Positions 37,094 through 45,582 of a stretch of 64,000 bases of DNA are shown in pieces; position 1 is the stretch's first letter, and the number at the start of each line of letters is the position of its first letter. Location: positions 313,010-377,009 of the forward strand of contig OY969116.1 in the NCBI GenBank assembly GCA_963698075.1. The letters run 5' to 3'. Both the position numbers and the translations under genes were made by a program. The notes beneath the pieces are model-generated. The model saw only the letters and a list, made by a program, of their open reading frames with translations. It was not told the DNA's origin and searched no databases. The DNA is from an uncultured Candidatus Berkelbacteria bacterium. GTDB lineage: Bacteria; Patescibacteriota; UBA1384; UBA12157; JAENIV01.

Positions 37094-37699
37094 TTAGTAG
37101 ATGTATCCCTTAATCGCGCCGTATGAGTATGAGATGGAAATCGTTCTTGAGGTAATTTTGGCAAAACCGCTATAATTCATTTCCGAAATCGTAATTGTCC
37201 CATCGTTATTAACCGCTTCGACAATCCCAACATGTCCAAAACGGCTTTCCGAGGTGACAATAATGGCGCCAACTTGGGGAACATTGCCGGTCGCAAAACC
37301 GGCGGCTCTTGCCCCAGAAAGCCATGTGCCGGCATTGCCAAACCACGGAATGTTGCGGCGCGAGGCAACATAATAAGTACAATAGCCGTAGGCGAAATGA
37401 TTGCGACCATCATTGGCTAATTTTACCGTGGGTTTAACCGTTTTGGCTGAGACCGAAGATTTTGGTAAGAGTTTGGCTGGAGTCACTTTTTCAGTAATTT
37501 GAGTCTCGGCGACCAATGGTTTTGAGAGAAAGCCATCGGGTGATAAAACTACCGGCTCTTCGCCAGCATCGGTCTTATTTAGTGACCCTGGAGTGACATT
37601 TTTAATCGCCTCTTTGGCCAAACCAAGATTGGCATCCAAAGGGCTGGCTGCGTGGGCGCGAGGAATTTCAAATGAACCAACTAGAATTCCCAGAATCAT
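37094..37699 (-). CDS. Secreted CHAP-domain peptidoglycan hydrolase-like protein
   Basis: GYCTYYVA (Cys) ... FGHVGIV (His) CHAP arrangement. An open frame continues upstream with a signal-peptide-like YLRLLGVGALMILGILVGSFEIPRAHA but no ATG/GTG/TTG (possible ATT start). Confidence 0.55.
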   Translation of the reverse strand: MILGILVGSFEIPRAHAASPLDANLGLAKEAIKNVTPGSLNKTDAGEEPVVLSPDGFLSKPLVAETQITEKVTPAKLLPKSSVSAKTVKPTVKLANDGRNHFAYGYCTYYVASRRNIPWFGNAGTWLSGARAAGFATGNVPQVGAIIVTSESRFGHVGIVEAVNNDGTITISEMNYSGFAKITSRTISISYSYGAIKGYIY

Positions 37700-38023
37700 T
37701 AAAGCCCCTACCCCAAGTAATCTGAGGTAAATTTGAGAACGATTTAATTGTGATATTGGTAAATTGTAATTTTCTTTTTGTTTGAGGCTAATTTTGGCTG
37801 ACTGCTTTTCCCCTTTAACCGCGCTGGCGGATATACAAATAATATACCTCCCAAAATCGAAGAAATAACTGGTTTCCCGTCCTTGTGAAGGTGCTCTGAA
37901 ACAACTATTCTCTCCGATATGTGCCTTTACGACAACACGTTTTCCATTCTATCAAAGGAGTCAATTTTGTCAAGGGTCAAGATCCCTCCTGTTAAAAAAG
38001 GCAACCAGTAGACTGTGGATAAC

Positions 38024-38052
38024 TTGACTAGCTATCAAAAAAGTGCTATAAT
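38024..38052 (+). promoter_or_regulatory. Consensus sigma70-like promoter TTGACT-17 bp-TATAAT for ssrA
   Basis: TTGACT 38024-38029, 17-bp spacer, TATAAT 38047-38052, 10 nt upstream of tmRNA 5' end. Confidence 0.5.
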
Positions 38053-38062
38053 TTTAAGCGAT

Positions 38063-38365
38063 GGGGCTATCAAGCTTCGACGGGAAACAATTTGACAATT
38101 TCAAGTCGAGAAGGCTACGAACCTCGCAAAATCCGTGGCAAACACTAAACGCTAACAAGCAATTAGTACCTGCCTTAGCCTAATAGGCTAATGCACGTCG
38201 TTCCATTTGTTGGTTGACCGAATGGAAACGGCGCCAACCGTCAACCTCTGGGGATGGAAGATCGTCCTGGTACTATCCTTGAAACAAACGAGGGCAAATG
38301 CTAAGCTTGTCAACGATTATCAAAGAGTTTTTCGGACGGGAGTGCGATTCTCCCTAGCTCCACCA
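38063..38365 (+). ncRNA. ssrA: tmRNA (ssrA), short form with encoded CCA
   Basis: 5' GGGGCUAUCAAGCUUCGACGGG and 3' GGACGGGAGUGCGAUUCUCCCUAGCUCCACCA match tmRNA tRNA-like-domain consensus. Internal frame gct aac aag caa tta gta cct gcc tta gcc TAA TAG (tag ANKQLVPALA). Confidence 0.8.
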
Positions 38366-38374
38366 TCAAAAAAT

Positions 38375-38398
38375 CACCCTTAAAACGGGTGGTTTTTT
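38375..38398 (+). terminator. Rho-independent terminator after ssrA
   Basis: caccc-ttaaaac-gggtg then gttttttg. Confidence 0.5.
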
Positions 38399-38432
38399 GT
38401 TAAGAAAGAAGGCCCGCCAACATCAGCGAGCC

Positions 38433-38720
38433 CTACTCGATTAGGTCAGCCCTTTTGAGAGCTTCAATCACCTCATCTTTGAGTGACTCGCCCCGGGGAA
38501 GCCCGAAGCTCTTGACTCTGATTGGGCCGTTAGCCCCTTCCTCGTGGAGGATGACTACCTCAAAACCATCGCACAAGACAATGATACTGCCAGGAGTTGG
38601 GGAATGATATTTGCGGCCCCAACAACGACCGACGAAACCGGTGAGATTGCACTTATTCCAGATGCCGTCTAAGGCCTTTCTTGCCTCAACGAGTCGTTCG
38701 CCATCGCGTTGTCTGGCCAC
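38433..38720 (-). CDS. Hypothetical small protein, moderately GC-rich
   Basis: 95-aa ORF directly downstream of ssrA; no recognised motif. Confidence 0.2.
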   Translation of the reverse strand: MARQRDGERLVEARKALDGIWNKCNLTGFVGRCWGRKYHSPTPGSIIVLCDGFEVVILHEEGANGPIRVKSFGLPRGESLKDEVIEALKRADLIE

Positions 38721-38826
38721 CTTTGACCTCCAAGAGAAGGTTTGCTATATCATAGTAATATAAAGCTTGAGTGTCAACCCTTGACAAAATGTAAAGTTGA
38801 CTTTACAATGTAGGTGGAGAGGAAAT

Positions 38827-39492
38827 ATGAAAATTTACATTCAACGTATCTCCCGTAGGTTAAGAAGTCTAAGGGAAGAGAAAGATCTCACTCAAGAAGA
38901 GCTTGCCGATCGACTGGGAATATCGAGACAATCGATAATCTCGGTTGAAAAAGGCAAATGTTTACCTTCTCTTCCCTTAGCCCTACGTATTTCGGAAATT
39001 TTTGAAAAATCTTTAGAAGACTTGTTTTTTGGTAATCAAAAAGAGAAAGGAGGTGATAATATGCCACGTTTCCTTATGCCCTGGTCGCCTTTCCGCAGAT
39101 TGGATAATTTTTTCGAGGATGAGGATTCATCGGCTTCCCCGCGATGGCGAGGATTCCAGTTCCCGATGGTTAACGTCAAACAATCTGACAAAGATATCGT
39201 TGTAACGGCTGACATTCCGGGGATCAAAGAAGAGGATGTCAATATTGAGGTTGGCGATACTTTTGTTGATATCTCTGGTGAGCGAAAAGAGGAAACCAAG
39301 AAAGAAGACGAAGGTTATTTCCACCAGGAAGTACGCTACGGTTCCTTTGCCCGACGCATTCCACTCCCGACTGAAGTCAAAGCAGATAAAGCCGACGCCA
39401 CAATCAAAGATGGACAACTGCGAATCACAATTCCCAAGCTCGAACCCGAAAAACCCAAAGTGACCAAAATCAAGGTCAAAAAAGCAAGCTAA
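38827..39492 (+). CDS. XRE-family HTH domain fused in-frame to an Hsp20/alpha-crystallin domain; internal RBS+ATG at 39061
   Basis: LTQEELADRLGISRQSIISVEKG (HTH_XRE) then MPRFLMPWSPFRRLD...VNVKQSDKDIVVTADIPGIKEEDVNIEV...GQLRITIPK (sHSP). AAGGAGGTGA 4 nt before the internal ATG. Upstream TTGACA-17-TACAAT. Confidence 0.6.
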   Translation: MKIYIQRISRRLRSLREEKDLTQEELADRLGISRQSIISVEKGKCLPSLPLALRISEIFEKSLEDLFFGNQKEKGGDNMPRFLMPWSPFRRLDNFFEDEDSSASPRWRGFQFPMVNVKQSDKDIVVTADIPGIKEEDVNIEVGDTFVDISGERKEETKKEDEGYFHQEVRYGSFARRIPLPTEVKADKADATIKDGQLRITIPKLEPEKPKVTKIKVKKAS

Positions 39493-39559
39493 AAATTTTG
39501 TTTGAAAGTCATTTTACCCTTGTTTTAAGATTTAATCTTTGATAATATACAAGATAGAT

Positions 39560-40204
39560 ATGACACCCCAAAAAGAAAGTAAAAAACCCTACATTATCGG
39601 CATTACCGGTGGTACAGCATCAGGAAAAACTTTCGTCATTGAGGCCTTAAAAGATGCTTTCAACGGCAAGATTTTAGTCATTTCCCAAGATCAATATTAC
39701 AAAGGCGAAAGAGTCAAAAGATTTGATCGTTGGGAAAGGGCTAATTTAGACCAACCAAGCGCTTTTGATAATGAGTTGTTAGAAAAGCATCTCCATGATT
39801 TGATTGCCGGAAAAACAGTCCTCGCACCGGTTTATAATTATCAACTTCATCAACAAACCAAAGCCAAAGTGCCGCTTGAGCCCAAACCAGTGATAATCCT
39901 CGAGGGAATCATGATTTTCAATGACGAAAGATTAAGAAATCTCATGGATTGGAAGGTTTATCTTGAAGCCGCCCCGGACATTCGTCTGGCCCGCCGTTTA
40001 CTGCGCGATATTGAAGAGCGGGGCGTTACCATTCAAAACATCCGTTCAACCATTGAATGGTACGTCCAAAACGTCAAACCGATGCATGATAAATATATCC
40101 ATCCGATGAAACAATATGCTGACGCCCGCCTTAACACTGACAAAGGCTCGCTCGAGGCCGCCAACACGGTCAAAGAAAAGGTTAAGGAAATTTTGCGCGC
40201 TTAG
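39560..40204 (+). CDS. udk: Uridine kinase
   Basis: IIGITGGTASGKT P-loop, Udk-like length. Stop TAG 40202-40204 lies inside the tRNA-Val 5' acceptor stem. Confidence 0.8.
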   Translation: MTPQKESKKPYIIGITGGTASGKTFVIEALKDAFNGKILVISQDQYYKGERVKRFDRWERANLDQPSAFDNELLEKHLHDLIAGKTVLAPVYNYQLHQQTKAKVPLEPKPVIILEGIMIFNDERLRNLMDWKVYLEAAPDIRLARRLLRDIEERGVTIQNIRSTIEWYVQNVKPMHDKYIHPMKQYADARLNTDKGSLEAANTVKEKVKEILRA

Positions 40205-40269
40205 CTCAGTGGCAGAGCGTCTCTTTGACGTAGAGAAGGTCACTGGTTCAAGTCCAGTAGCGCGCACCA
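40195..40269 (+). tRNA. tRNA-Val (anticodon GAC) with encoded CCA
   Basis: Hand-folded cloverleaf: acceptor gcgcgct/agcgcgc, anticodon arm tctct-ttgacgt-agaga, T-arm actgg-ttcaagt-ccagt. Confidence 0.9.
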
Positions 40270-40296
40270 TTGGTAAGGGGGCTTTTTTATGAAGAA

Positions 40297-40317
40297 GCGG
40301 TCGCCTATGGCGACCGC
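40297..40317. terminator. Perfect palindrome gcggtcgcc-tat-ggcgaccgc between convergent tRNA-Val and GC-rich gene
   Basis: 9-bp perfect inverted repeat, preceded by gggggctttttt. Confidence 0.4.
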
Positions 40318-40335
40318 CTTGAACTCGACTTTGAT

Positions 40336-41403
40336 CTATTCTTCGAACTCGATTTCGCGGACCGCCTTTCCCGAGGCCTTGACGATACCAAGACCATGCG
40401 TTTCCCCATAGCCACCTTTCTTGACGACGACGGTGTGGATGCTTGAACCAGCAATGAGCTTAGCGCAACTCAGACAGGGTATGGAGTTGACGTAAATGGT
40501 GGTGCCGGCGACCGGGATCCCGACATTGGCCGCCGTCAGAAACGCCATTTCTTCAGCATGAATCGCTCGACAAACCTCAAGCATTTGTCCCGACGGGATG
40601 CCTCTTTCATCCCTTTCGCAGCCCACGTCGGCACAAAGTTCCGAACCGGGATATTGGCCATTGAAACCTGTCGCAATCACCCTCAGCTCCTCGGGGATGG
40701 CAATCACGCAGCCGTATCGCCGGGTCTGACCCACGAGATATCCCTGTTCGTCTCGAGGGAAACTACCATCAGCAGCACGCTGACAACCCCTAACGCAATT
40801 AGAAAGCCGAGAGGTGGCCACGACAATCCCCATGAAGTAGCGATCCCGGCGAGCAATCTCTCTTTGGTATTCTTCAGTACCGAGACCAACGCCTGTCAAA
40901 CCCGTCGAACCAAATCCACCTATCCCCCTCATTGTTGGTGGTAACTCCTCTGCTGTCGCCACCTCAAGCAGATCAGGAATTTCCACCTGTGAAAAGATAA
41001 GCTGAGCAACACGCATCTCAGGCTCGATGGTAAACGGCTGACGGCCACGGTTAACCAAGAGACACCCCGCCTCGCCGCGGAAGTCCGGATCAATCGTTCC
41101 AGGACTGTTTCCCAGTTCAATTCGGTGCTTGGTTGCCAAACCGCTTCGCGGTCGCACTTCAACCTGGTGACCCCAGGGAAGAGCCATCGCAAAGCCAACA
41201 CCAATCAAAATGGCATCGTCAGGAAGAATTGTTACTGGTAGTTCCTCTCTCACTTCTCGTGTGTTTGGATCAAGAACTCGAGAGGCAAAGACATCATAGC
41301 CGATAGCCCCGGGGCTTGCCCTCACTGGCAACCGAGCATCAGGACGAACCTTCCAAACTCGAATACTTCCCAGCACTTCCGGCATCTTCCTTCCTCCACT
41401 CAA
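40336..41403 (-). CDS. Bifunctional dUTPase - dCMP deaminase fusion, GC-rich
   Basis: N-terminal GAIGYDV ... RSGLA ... GTIDPDFRGE ... GFGSTG (dUTPase). C-terminal HAEEMAF ... PCLSCAKL (cytidine/dCMP deaminase zinc motifs). GC far above background. Confidence 0.7.
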   Translation of the reverse strand: MSGGRKMPEVLGSIRVWKVRPDARLPVRASPGAIGYDVFASRVLDPNTREVREELPVTILPDDAILIGVGFAMALPWGHQVEVRPRSGLATKHRIELGNSPGTIDPDFRGEAGCLLVNRGRQPFTIEPEMRVAQLIFSQVEIPDLLEVATAEELPPTMRGIGGFGSTGLTGVGLGTEEYQREIARRDRYFMGIVVATSRLSNCVRGCQRAADGSFPRDEQGYLVGQTRRYGCVIAIPEELRVIATGFNGQYPGSELCADVGCERDERGIPSGQMLEVCRAIHAEEMAFLTAANVGIPVAGTTIYVNSIPCLSCAKLIAGSSIHTVVVKKGGYGETHGLGIVKASGKAVREIEFEE

Positions 41404-41472
41404 AGGTGCTCTCCAACCGCCTTTAATATAGCAAAGACAAATTTTAAAGCAACAGAAAAATATTGAGTTCTT

Positions 41473-42222
41473 TTAATTAGAGCTTTTTTCAATTACAATC
41501 GTCATTTTCCCGGAGCTGCTACCAAGATGGGCAATTCGTTGGCGCCAATCATAGTCACGATGATATTTCTTGATTTTAATATTATTGCTGCAAATATTTT
41601 TTATCATCGACTCTAACTTTTTTGGCGTCAAAAAAAACACTATTGAATTAGGTGTGACTTCCAATGACTTTATTCTTAATCCAATTCTAGCGTTAATTTT
41701 AGATAAATAATAAATTAATTTCGATCCCAGGGACGATTCATCAACTAACTCTTCGATAAAAATTGCTCCGTCCGGTTTCAAAGGCCGCCAAAGCTCTTTA
41801 AGAGCTTTTTCTTGATTATTGAGTGTTTCTTGATAATTTTTACCGATAAGATGATGGAGAATATCACGAATAATTAAACAATCGAAAGATTTATCAGCCA
41901 ATTTCGAATCCAGGATCGATCCATGAACAAAATTAATTTTTTTTAAAATTTGGCGGTTTCGATAGCTGGCGATTAGTTCGATATTCGTTAACTCACTTTG
42001 AGGAAAAGAATGATGAATTTGGGCCAATAATTGACCCGCGGCCCCTCCAAACTCAGCTATCTTAATTTTTTTTCCGCCAGAGGCGGATCGGCCTTTGGCC
42101 GACTTTTTTCTCGCCCAAGCTAAAAAAAGCGGAATAATTGGCGAGGTTGCCGCCGATTGATCTTTCTTCGCATAGTAATCAAGCTGTTCTTCAAAGAGCT
42201 TTGCCACCGAGGGATCTTGCAT
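41473..42222 (-). CDS. Class I SAM-dependent methyltransferase
   Basis: IAEFGGAAGQL motif I-like; DILHH. Confidence 0.5.
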   Translation of the reverse strand: MQDPSVAKLFEEQLDYYAKKDQSAATSPIIPLFLAWARKKSAKGRSASGGKKIKIAEFGGAAGQLLAQIHHSFPQSELTNIELIASYRNRQILKKINFVHGSILDSKLADKSFDCLIIRDILHHLIGKNYQETLNNQEKALKELWRPLKPDGAIFIEELVDESSLGSKLIYYLSKINARIGLRIKSLEVTPNSIVFFLTPKKLESMIKNICSNNIKIKKYHRDYDWRQRIAHLGSSSGKMTIVIEKSSN

Positions 42223-42223
42223 T

Positions 42224-43243
42224 CTAACTTCTCAATTTCCTAATTTCCGGCCACTCTTGAATTAAAACCGATATTGCCGCCGCAATTGGCACGGCAATCA
42301 AAACGCCCAAGATGCCCATAAGTTTAGCGCCCACCAGTAAAGCTAAAATAATGATCACTGGCGAAAGTCCCACCGCCTTACCCATTACTTTCGGGGCTAA
42401 AAACTGAGCTTCCAATTGTTGAATGACCAAATAAGCAATAAAAATCAATAAAGCTTTTAGGGGCGAAACCGTTAAGGCAACCAAAAAAGCCGGTATCAAC
42501 CCTAACCAAGGTCCAATATAAGGGATGACCTCAGTAATCGCTCCCCAAACAGCTAGAACTAAAGCATAAGGAATTCCCAAAGCGAGTAAGGCAACTGCAT
42601 CTAAAACTCCGATGATGACCATCAGTATGGCTTGACCTCTGAGCCATCCTCCCATTTTGCCGCCGATTTTTCTTAAAATTTCAAAAATTTTTTCTTTTTG
42701 GGTAAAAGGAAGAGTCTGCTCTAAAAATTTCTTTAAAGATTCTTGTTCCAAAAGCATATAAAAAGCCAAGACTAAAATTGTCAAAAAAGCCACGACCCCG
42801 GTAATAAAACCGACGGTCGTCGAATAAATTCCTGAGCCCAAACGACCCAATTGCGAGGAAATATTAAATAATCCTTCTTGGTAATTGCTGATCGAATTTT
42901 GAATCGTCTGATAAAAGGGTCCCAATTTAGATAAAATCGTCGGTAAATTGATGGCCAATAATTGAAGCTGGTGGACAATCGGCGGGATGATTAAATAACC
43001 TATGCCCCCCAAAACGCTCAAGAAAACCAAAGAAAATATAATCACTGCCAAGACCCGAGGCATTAATTTGGCCAGCCAATCAACAATTGGACCAAAAGCG
43101 GCGACAATGACCAAGACAATAAAGAAGAGGACGACAATATCACGGATGGCATATATAAACCAAACGGCAAAAACCGCCAAAATTAGCTTGATAATTGTTG
43201 ACGTCGAAATTTCAAATTTTATCCGGTCAGCATGCTTTTCCAT
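42224..43243 (-). CDS. AI-2E family transporter (PerM/YdiK-like)
   Basis: About 8 TM helices with the characteristic conserved loop ...LRGQAILMVIIGVLDAV... of the UPF0118/AI-2E family. Confidence 0.7.
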   Translation of the reverse strand: MEKHADRIKFEISTSTIIKLILAVFAVWFIYAIRDIVVLFFIVLVIVAAFGPIVDWLAKLMPRVLAVIIFSLVFLSVLGGIGYLIIPPIVHQLQLLAINLPTILSKLGPFYQTIQNSISNYQEGLFNISSQLGRLGSGIYSTTVGFITGVVAFLTILVLAFYMLLEQESLKKFLEQTLPFTQKEKIFEILRKIGGKMGGWLRGQAILMVIIGVLDAVALLALGIPYALVLAVWGAITEVIPYIGPWLGLIPAFLVALTVSPLKALLIFIAYLVIQQLEAQFLAPKVMGKAVGLSPVIIILALLVGAKLMGILGVLIAVPIAAAISVLIQEWPEIRKLRS

Positions 43244-43304
43244 CTTTAGTTCTACTTTATTCTAACAGGTAAAAGGTGAAAAAACAAGATTTTTAAGCTC
43301 GAGG

Positions 43305-43333
43305 TTGACTTTTGGGTCATTTTATGGTATAAT
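43305..43333 (+). promoter_or_regulatory. Consensus TTGACT-17 bp-TATAAT promoter upstream of the GC-rich beta-propeller gene
   Basis: TTGACT 43305-43310, TATAAT 43328-43333, then an 80-nt GC-rich hairpin-containing leader and ggaaagg SD. Confidence 0.45.
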
Positions 43334-43415
43334 CTCTAGGTTGTACCTGAAAAACCGGGTGTATCCCGGATAAAGCCTTGCGCCCCGAGGGGACAAGGCG
43401 GAAAGGCATTGAGCG

Positions 43416-44411
43416 ATGAAGCACAGCTCGGTCGTACTGATGGTTCTGGCGTTGGTCTTGTTGTGTATGATGGCCTGCAGCGCGGTGATGGCGTACGTTC
43501 CAGACTACCCCCCTATCTCTGAATCGCTGGCAGGAAGAACCCTCGCCCTCGCGGCGGTGCCCGCGGGCTCGATCGCACCCGTGCCGCAGGTCTTCGTCTG
43601 GCAGTATGGACGCCAGCCGGTCCAGATCACCAACTCCCGATGGGCCGTTACCCATCCGCGCTGGTCACCCAACGGCCACCTCCTTGCCGTCAACGACGGC
43701 AACCAGGTGGCGACGATCAACCTCGCCAACGGCAGAGAGACCATCGTCGTACCCGGTCCCCGCAAGTTCCTGGGAGACTGGTCATCGGATGGCCGTTTCC
43801 TCTGCTACACGGCGTTGACGTGGGTCCCGGAGTGGGACGACTTCTTCTTCCCGCGCGTCTGGTACGTGGACGTTCACACCAAGAAGAACTTCCAGATCCC
43901 GGACCATGGTGTGGACCAGCGCAATCCCACCTGGGGGGCCGACGGCACCATCGCCTACGAAGAGTGGGAGGGGGTCCCGCCGGTGATCAAGGGCTACAAC
44001 CCTTACACCGGCGAAGAGAAGCCCCTGGTGCCGATCGATGAGAAGTTTCATGGAGCGGAGAATCCGGTCTGGACCCCCGAGGGCGATCTTTACTACAACA
44101 ACTGGCCGCCCTACACCGACACCAACAAGATCTTCTTGGTTACAAACGAGGAGATCCCGGGCCGCGGCGACCCCGTCACCCACAACCTATGGGAATGGGG
44201 TGAGGACACGCCGGAACTGGCGACTGCCGAGGGTGACCTGTTCTACTACTCCCTGGGTCAGAACCAGTACACCACCTACCACTTCTTCCGCGACCGTTTC
44301 GGCACGCTGTGGGGCCTTGATCACATCATCGGCCTCGACTACTGGTGCGGATCAATCACCATCACCCAGAGCCAACCGATCCACCGCCGTTACTGGCGAT
44401 GGCGCCGATAA
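43416..44411 (+). CDS. Secreted (possible lipoprotein) TolB-like beta-propeller protein, GC-rich
   Basis: Signal peptide with LLCMMAC. Repeated PD40/WD40-like blades (PRWSPNGHLLA, DWSSDGRFLCY, PTWGADGTIAYEE, PVWTPEGDLYY). GC about 60%. Confidence 0.5.
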   Translation: MKHSSVVLMVLALVLLCMMACSAVMAYVPDYPPISESLAGRTLALAAVPAGSIAPVPQVFVWQYGRQPVQITNSRWAVTHPRWSPNGHLLAVNDGNQVATINLANGRETIVVPGPRKFLGDWSSDGRFLCYTALTWVPEWDDFFFPRVWYVDVHTKKNFQIPDHGVDQRNPTWGADGTIAYEEWEGVPPVIKGYNPYTGEEKPLVPIDEKFHGAENPVWTPEGDLYYNNWPPYTDTNKIFLVTNEEIPGRGDPVTHNLWEWGEDTPELATAEGDLFYYSLGQNQYTTYHFFRDRFGTLWGLDHIIGLDYWCGSITITQSQPIHRRYWRWRR

Positions 44412-44435
44412 CTATCACCGCACACTCAGACATGA

Positions 44436-44466
44436 ACGGCGGTCCACCCGGACCGCCGTTTCTTTA
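44436..44466 (+). terminator. Rho-independent terminator
   Basis: acggcggtcc-accc-ggaccgccgt then ttctttat. Confidence 0.5.
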
Positions 44467-44486
44467 TATCTAAAAAGAGATCCTTT

Positions 44487-45569
44487 TTATTCATCCGCCA
44501 AACGAAATCTTAAGACCGAAATCACTAACGTCACCACAATCCATACGAGTACTATTATTATATTAACTGGATTAGTAAAAGGTGATGAATTTTCTAAGCC
44601 GACCTGACGAATCATACGAAGTAAGGGTGCTAAGGGTAAATATTGGACAATACTGAAAAGCCATTTTGGTAATTGATCAATCGGAAAAAATACGCCGGCC
44701 AAAAACATCATCGGAATACTAATCGCTACTGACATTCCTTGAGCGGCGTCAACGGTTTTGGAAGCCGACGCCACGGCAAAACCAATTGATTGAAAAAGCA
44801 AACCGCCAAGCAAGGAGATTAGAACAATTAGCCAGAGGCTGCCCACAATGTGAGCATTAAAACCCCAAATACCGATGGCCAGAATCAGTGATATTTGGAT
44901 AATATTAACCACTAATCTCGACATCACCTCAGCGAAGACAAACTTCCATGGCTTGAGAGGCGTTGTTGTAATTCTTTTTAGGATTTTATCTTGACGATAG
45001 CGAGCCATGGTAATGGCGATTCCCTGAATCGAACCATTCATCAGCGCCAAACCAATAATCCCAATAAGAACAAAATCAAAATAAGTCAAATTTTTATCAG
45101 TCAGGGTTTCATTTTTTACCGAATAAATTGGTCGGGCATTTTGGATTTGAAAATTAACATTATTTAAAAATTTATCCAAAAATCCGGCAACCGCTAAATT
45201 AGCTTGAGCGTTAGAGGGATCGTTGATAAAAATTATTTGGGTGGGTGCACCAGGTTTAGGATTACCAAAATCTCGAGGAATTTCCACCACTGCTGTCACT
45301 TTATTTTTCTTTAAGAGATCTTTGCCAGCATTAACATCTTGTTCTTTTTGAATCTTAAAAATACCCGAATCAGTCATTGTTTTTTCGATTGTCGCCGCCA
45401 GCTCACTGTTGGAATTATTAATTAAGGCGACGGTCCCCACATTAGTATTATTGCCGCCGAAAAAAAGCCCAAAAATAATCGTGAACATCAAGGGGAAAAA
45501 CAAGCTCCAAAAAAGCGCCTGTCGGCCGCGAACTAACATTTTTAGGTTGGCGATAAATAGTCGAAACAT
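44487..45569 (-). CDS. ABC-2 type transporter permease
   Basis: N-terminal TM, large extracytoplasmic loop, then 5 TM helices. Confidence 0.6.
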   Translation of the reverse strand: MFRLFIANLKMLVRGRQALFWSLFFPLMFTIIFGLFFGGNNTNVGTVALINNSNSELAATIEKTMTDSGIFKIQKEQDVNAGKDLLKKNKVTAVVEIPRDFGNPKPGAPTQIIFINDPSNAQANLAVAGFLDKFLNNVNFQIQNARPIYSVKNETLTDKNLTYFDFVLIGIIGLALMNGSIQGIAITMARYRQDKILKRITTTPLKPWKFVFAEVMSRLVVNIIQISLILAIGIWGFNAHIVGSLWLIVLISLLGGLLFQSIGFAVASASKTVDAAQGMSVAISIPMMFLAGVFFPIDQLPKWLFSIVQYLPLAPLLRMIRQVGLENSSPFTNPVNIIIVLVWIVVTLVISVLRFRLADE

Positions 45570-45582
45570 TTTAATTTAAAAA

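Noticed and set aside
38797-38826. Upstream start (MTLQCRWRGN...) for the HTH-Hsp20 gene as given in the ORF track
   Set aside because: It would begin inside the predicted promoter. ATG 38827 has a ggagagg SD and yields a canonical XRE HTH N-terminus.
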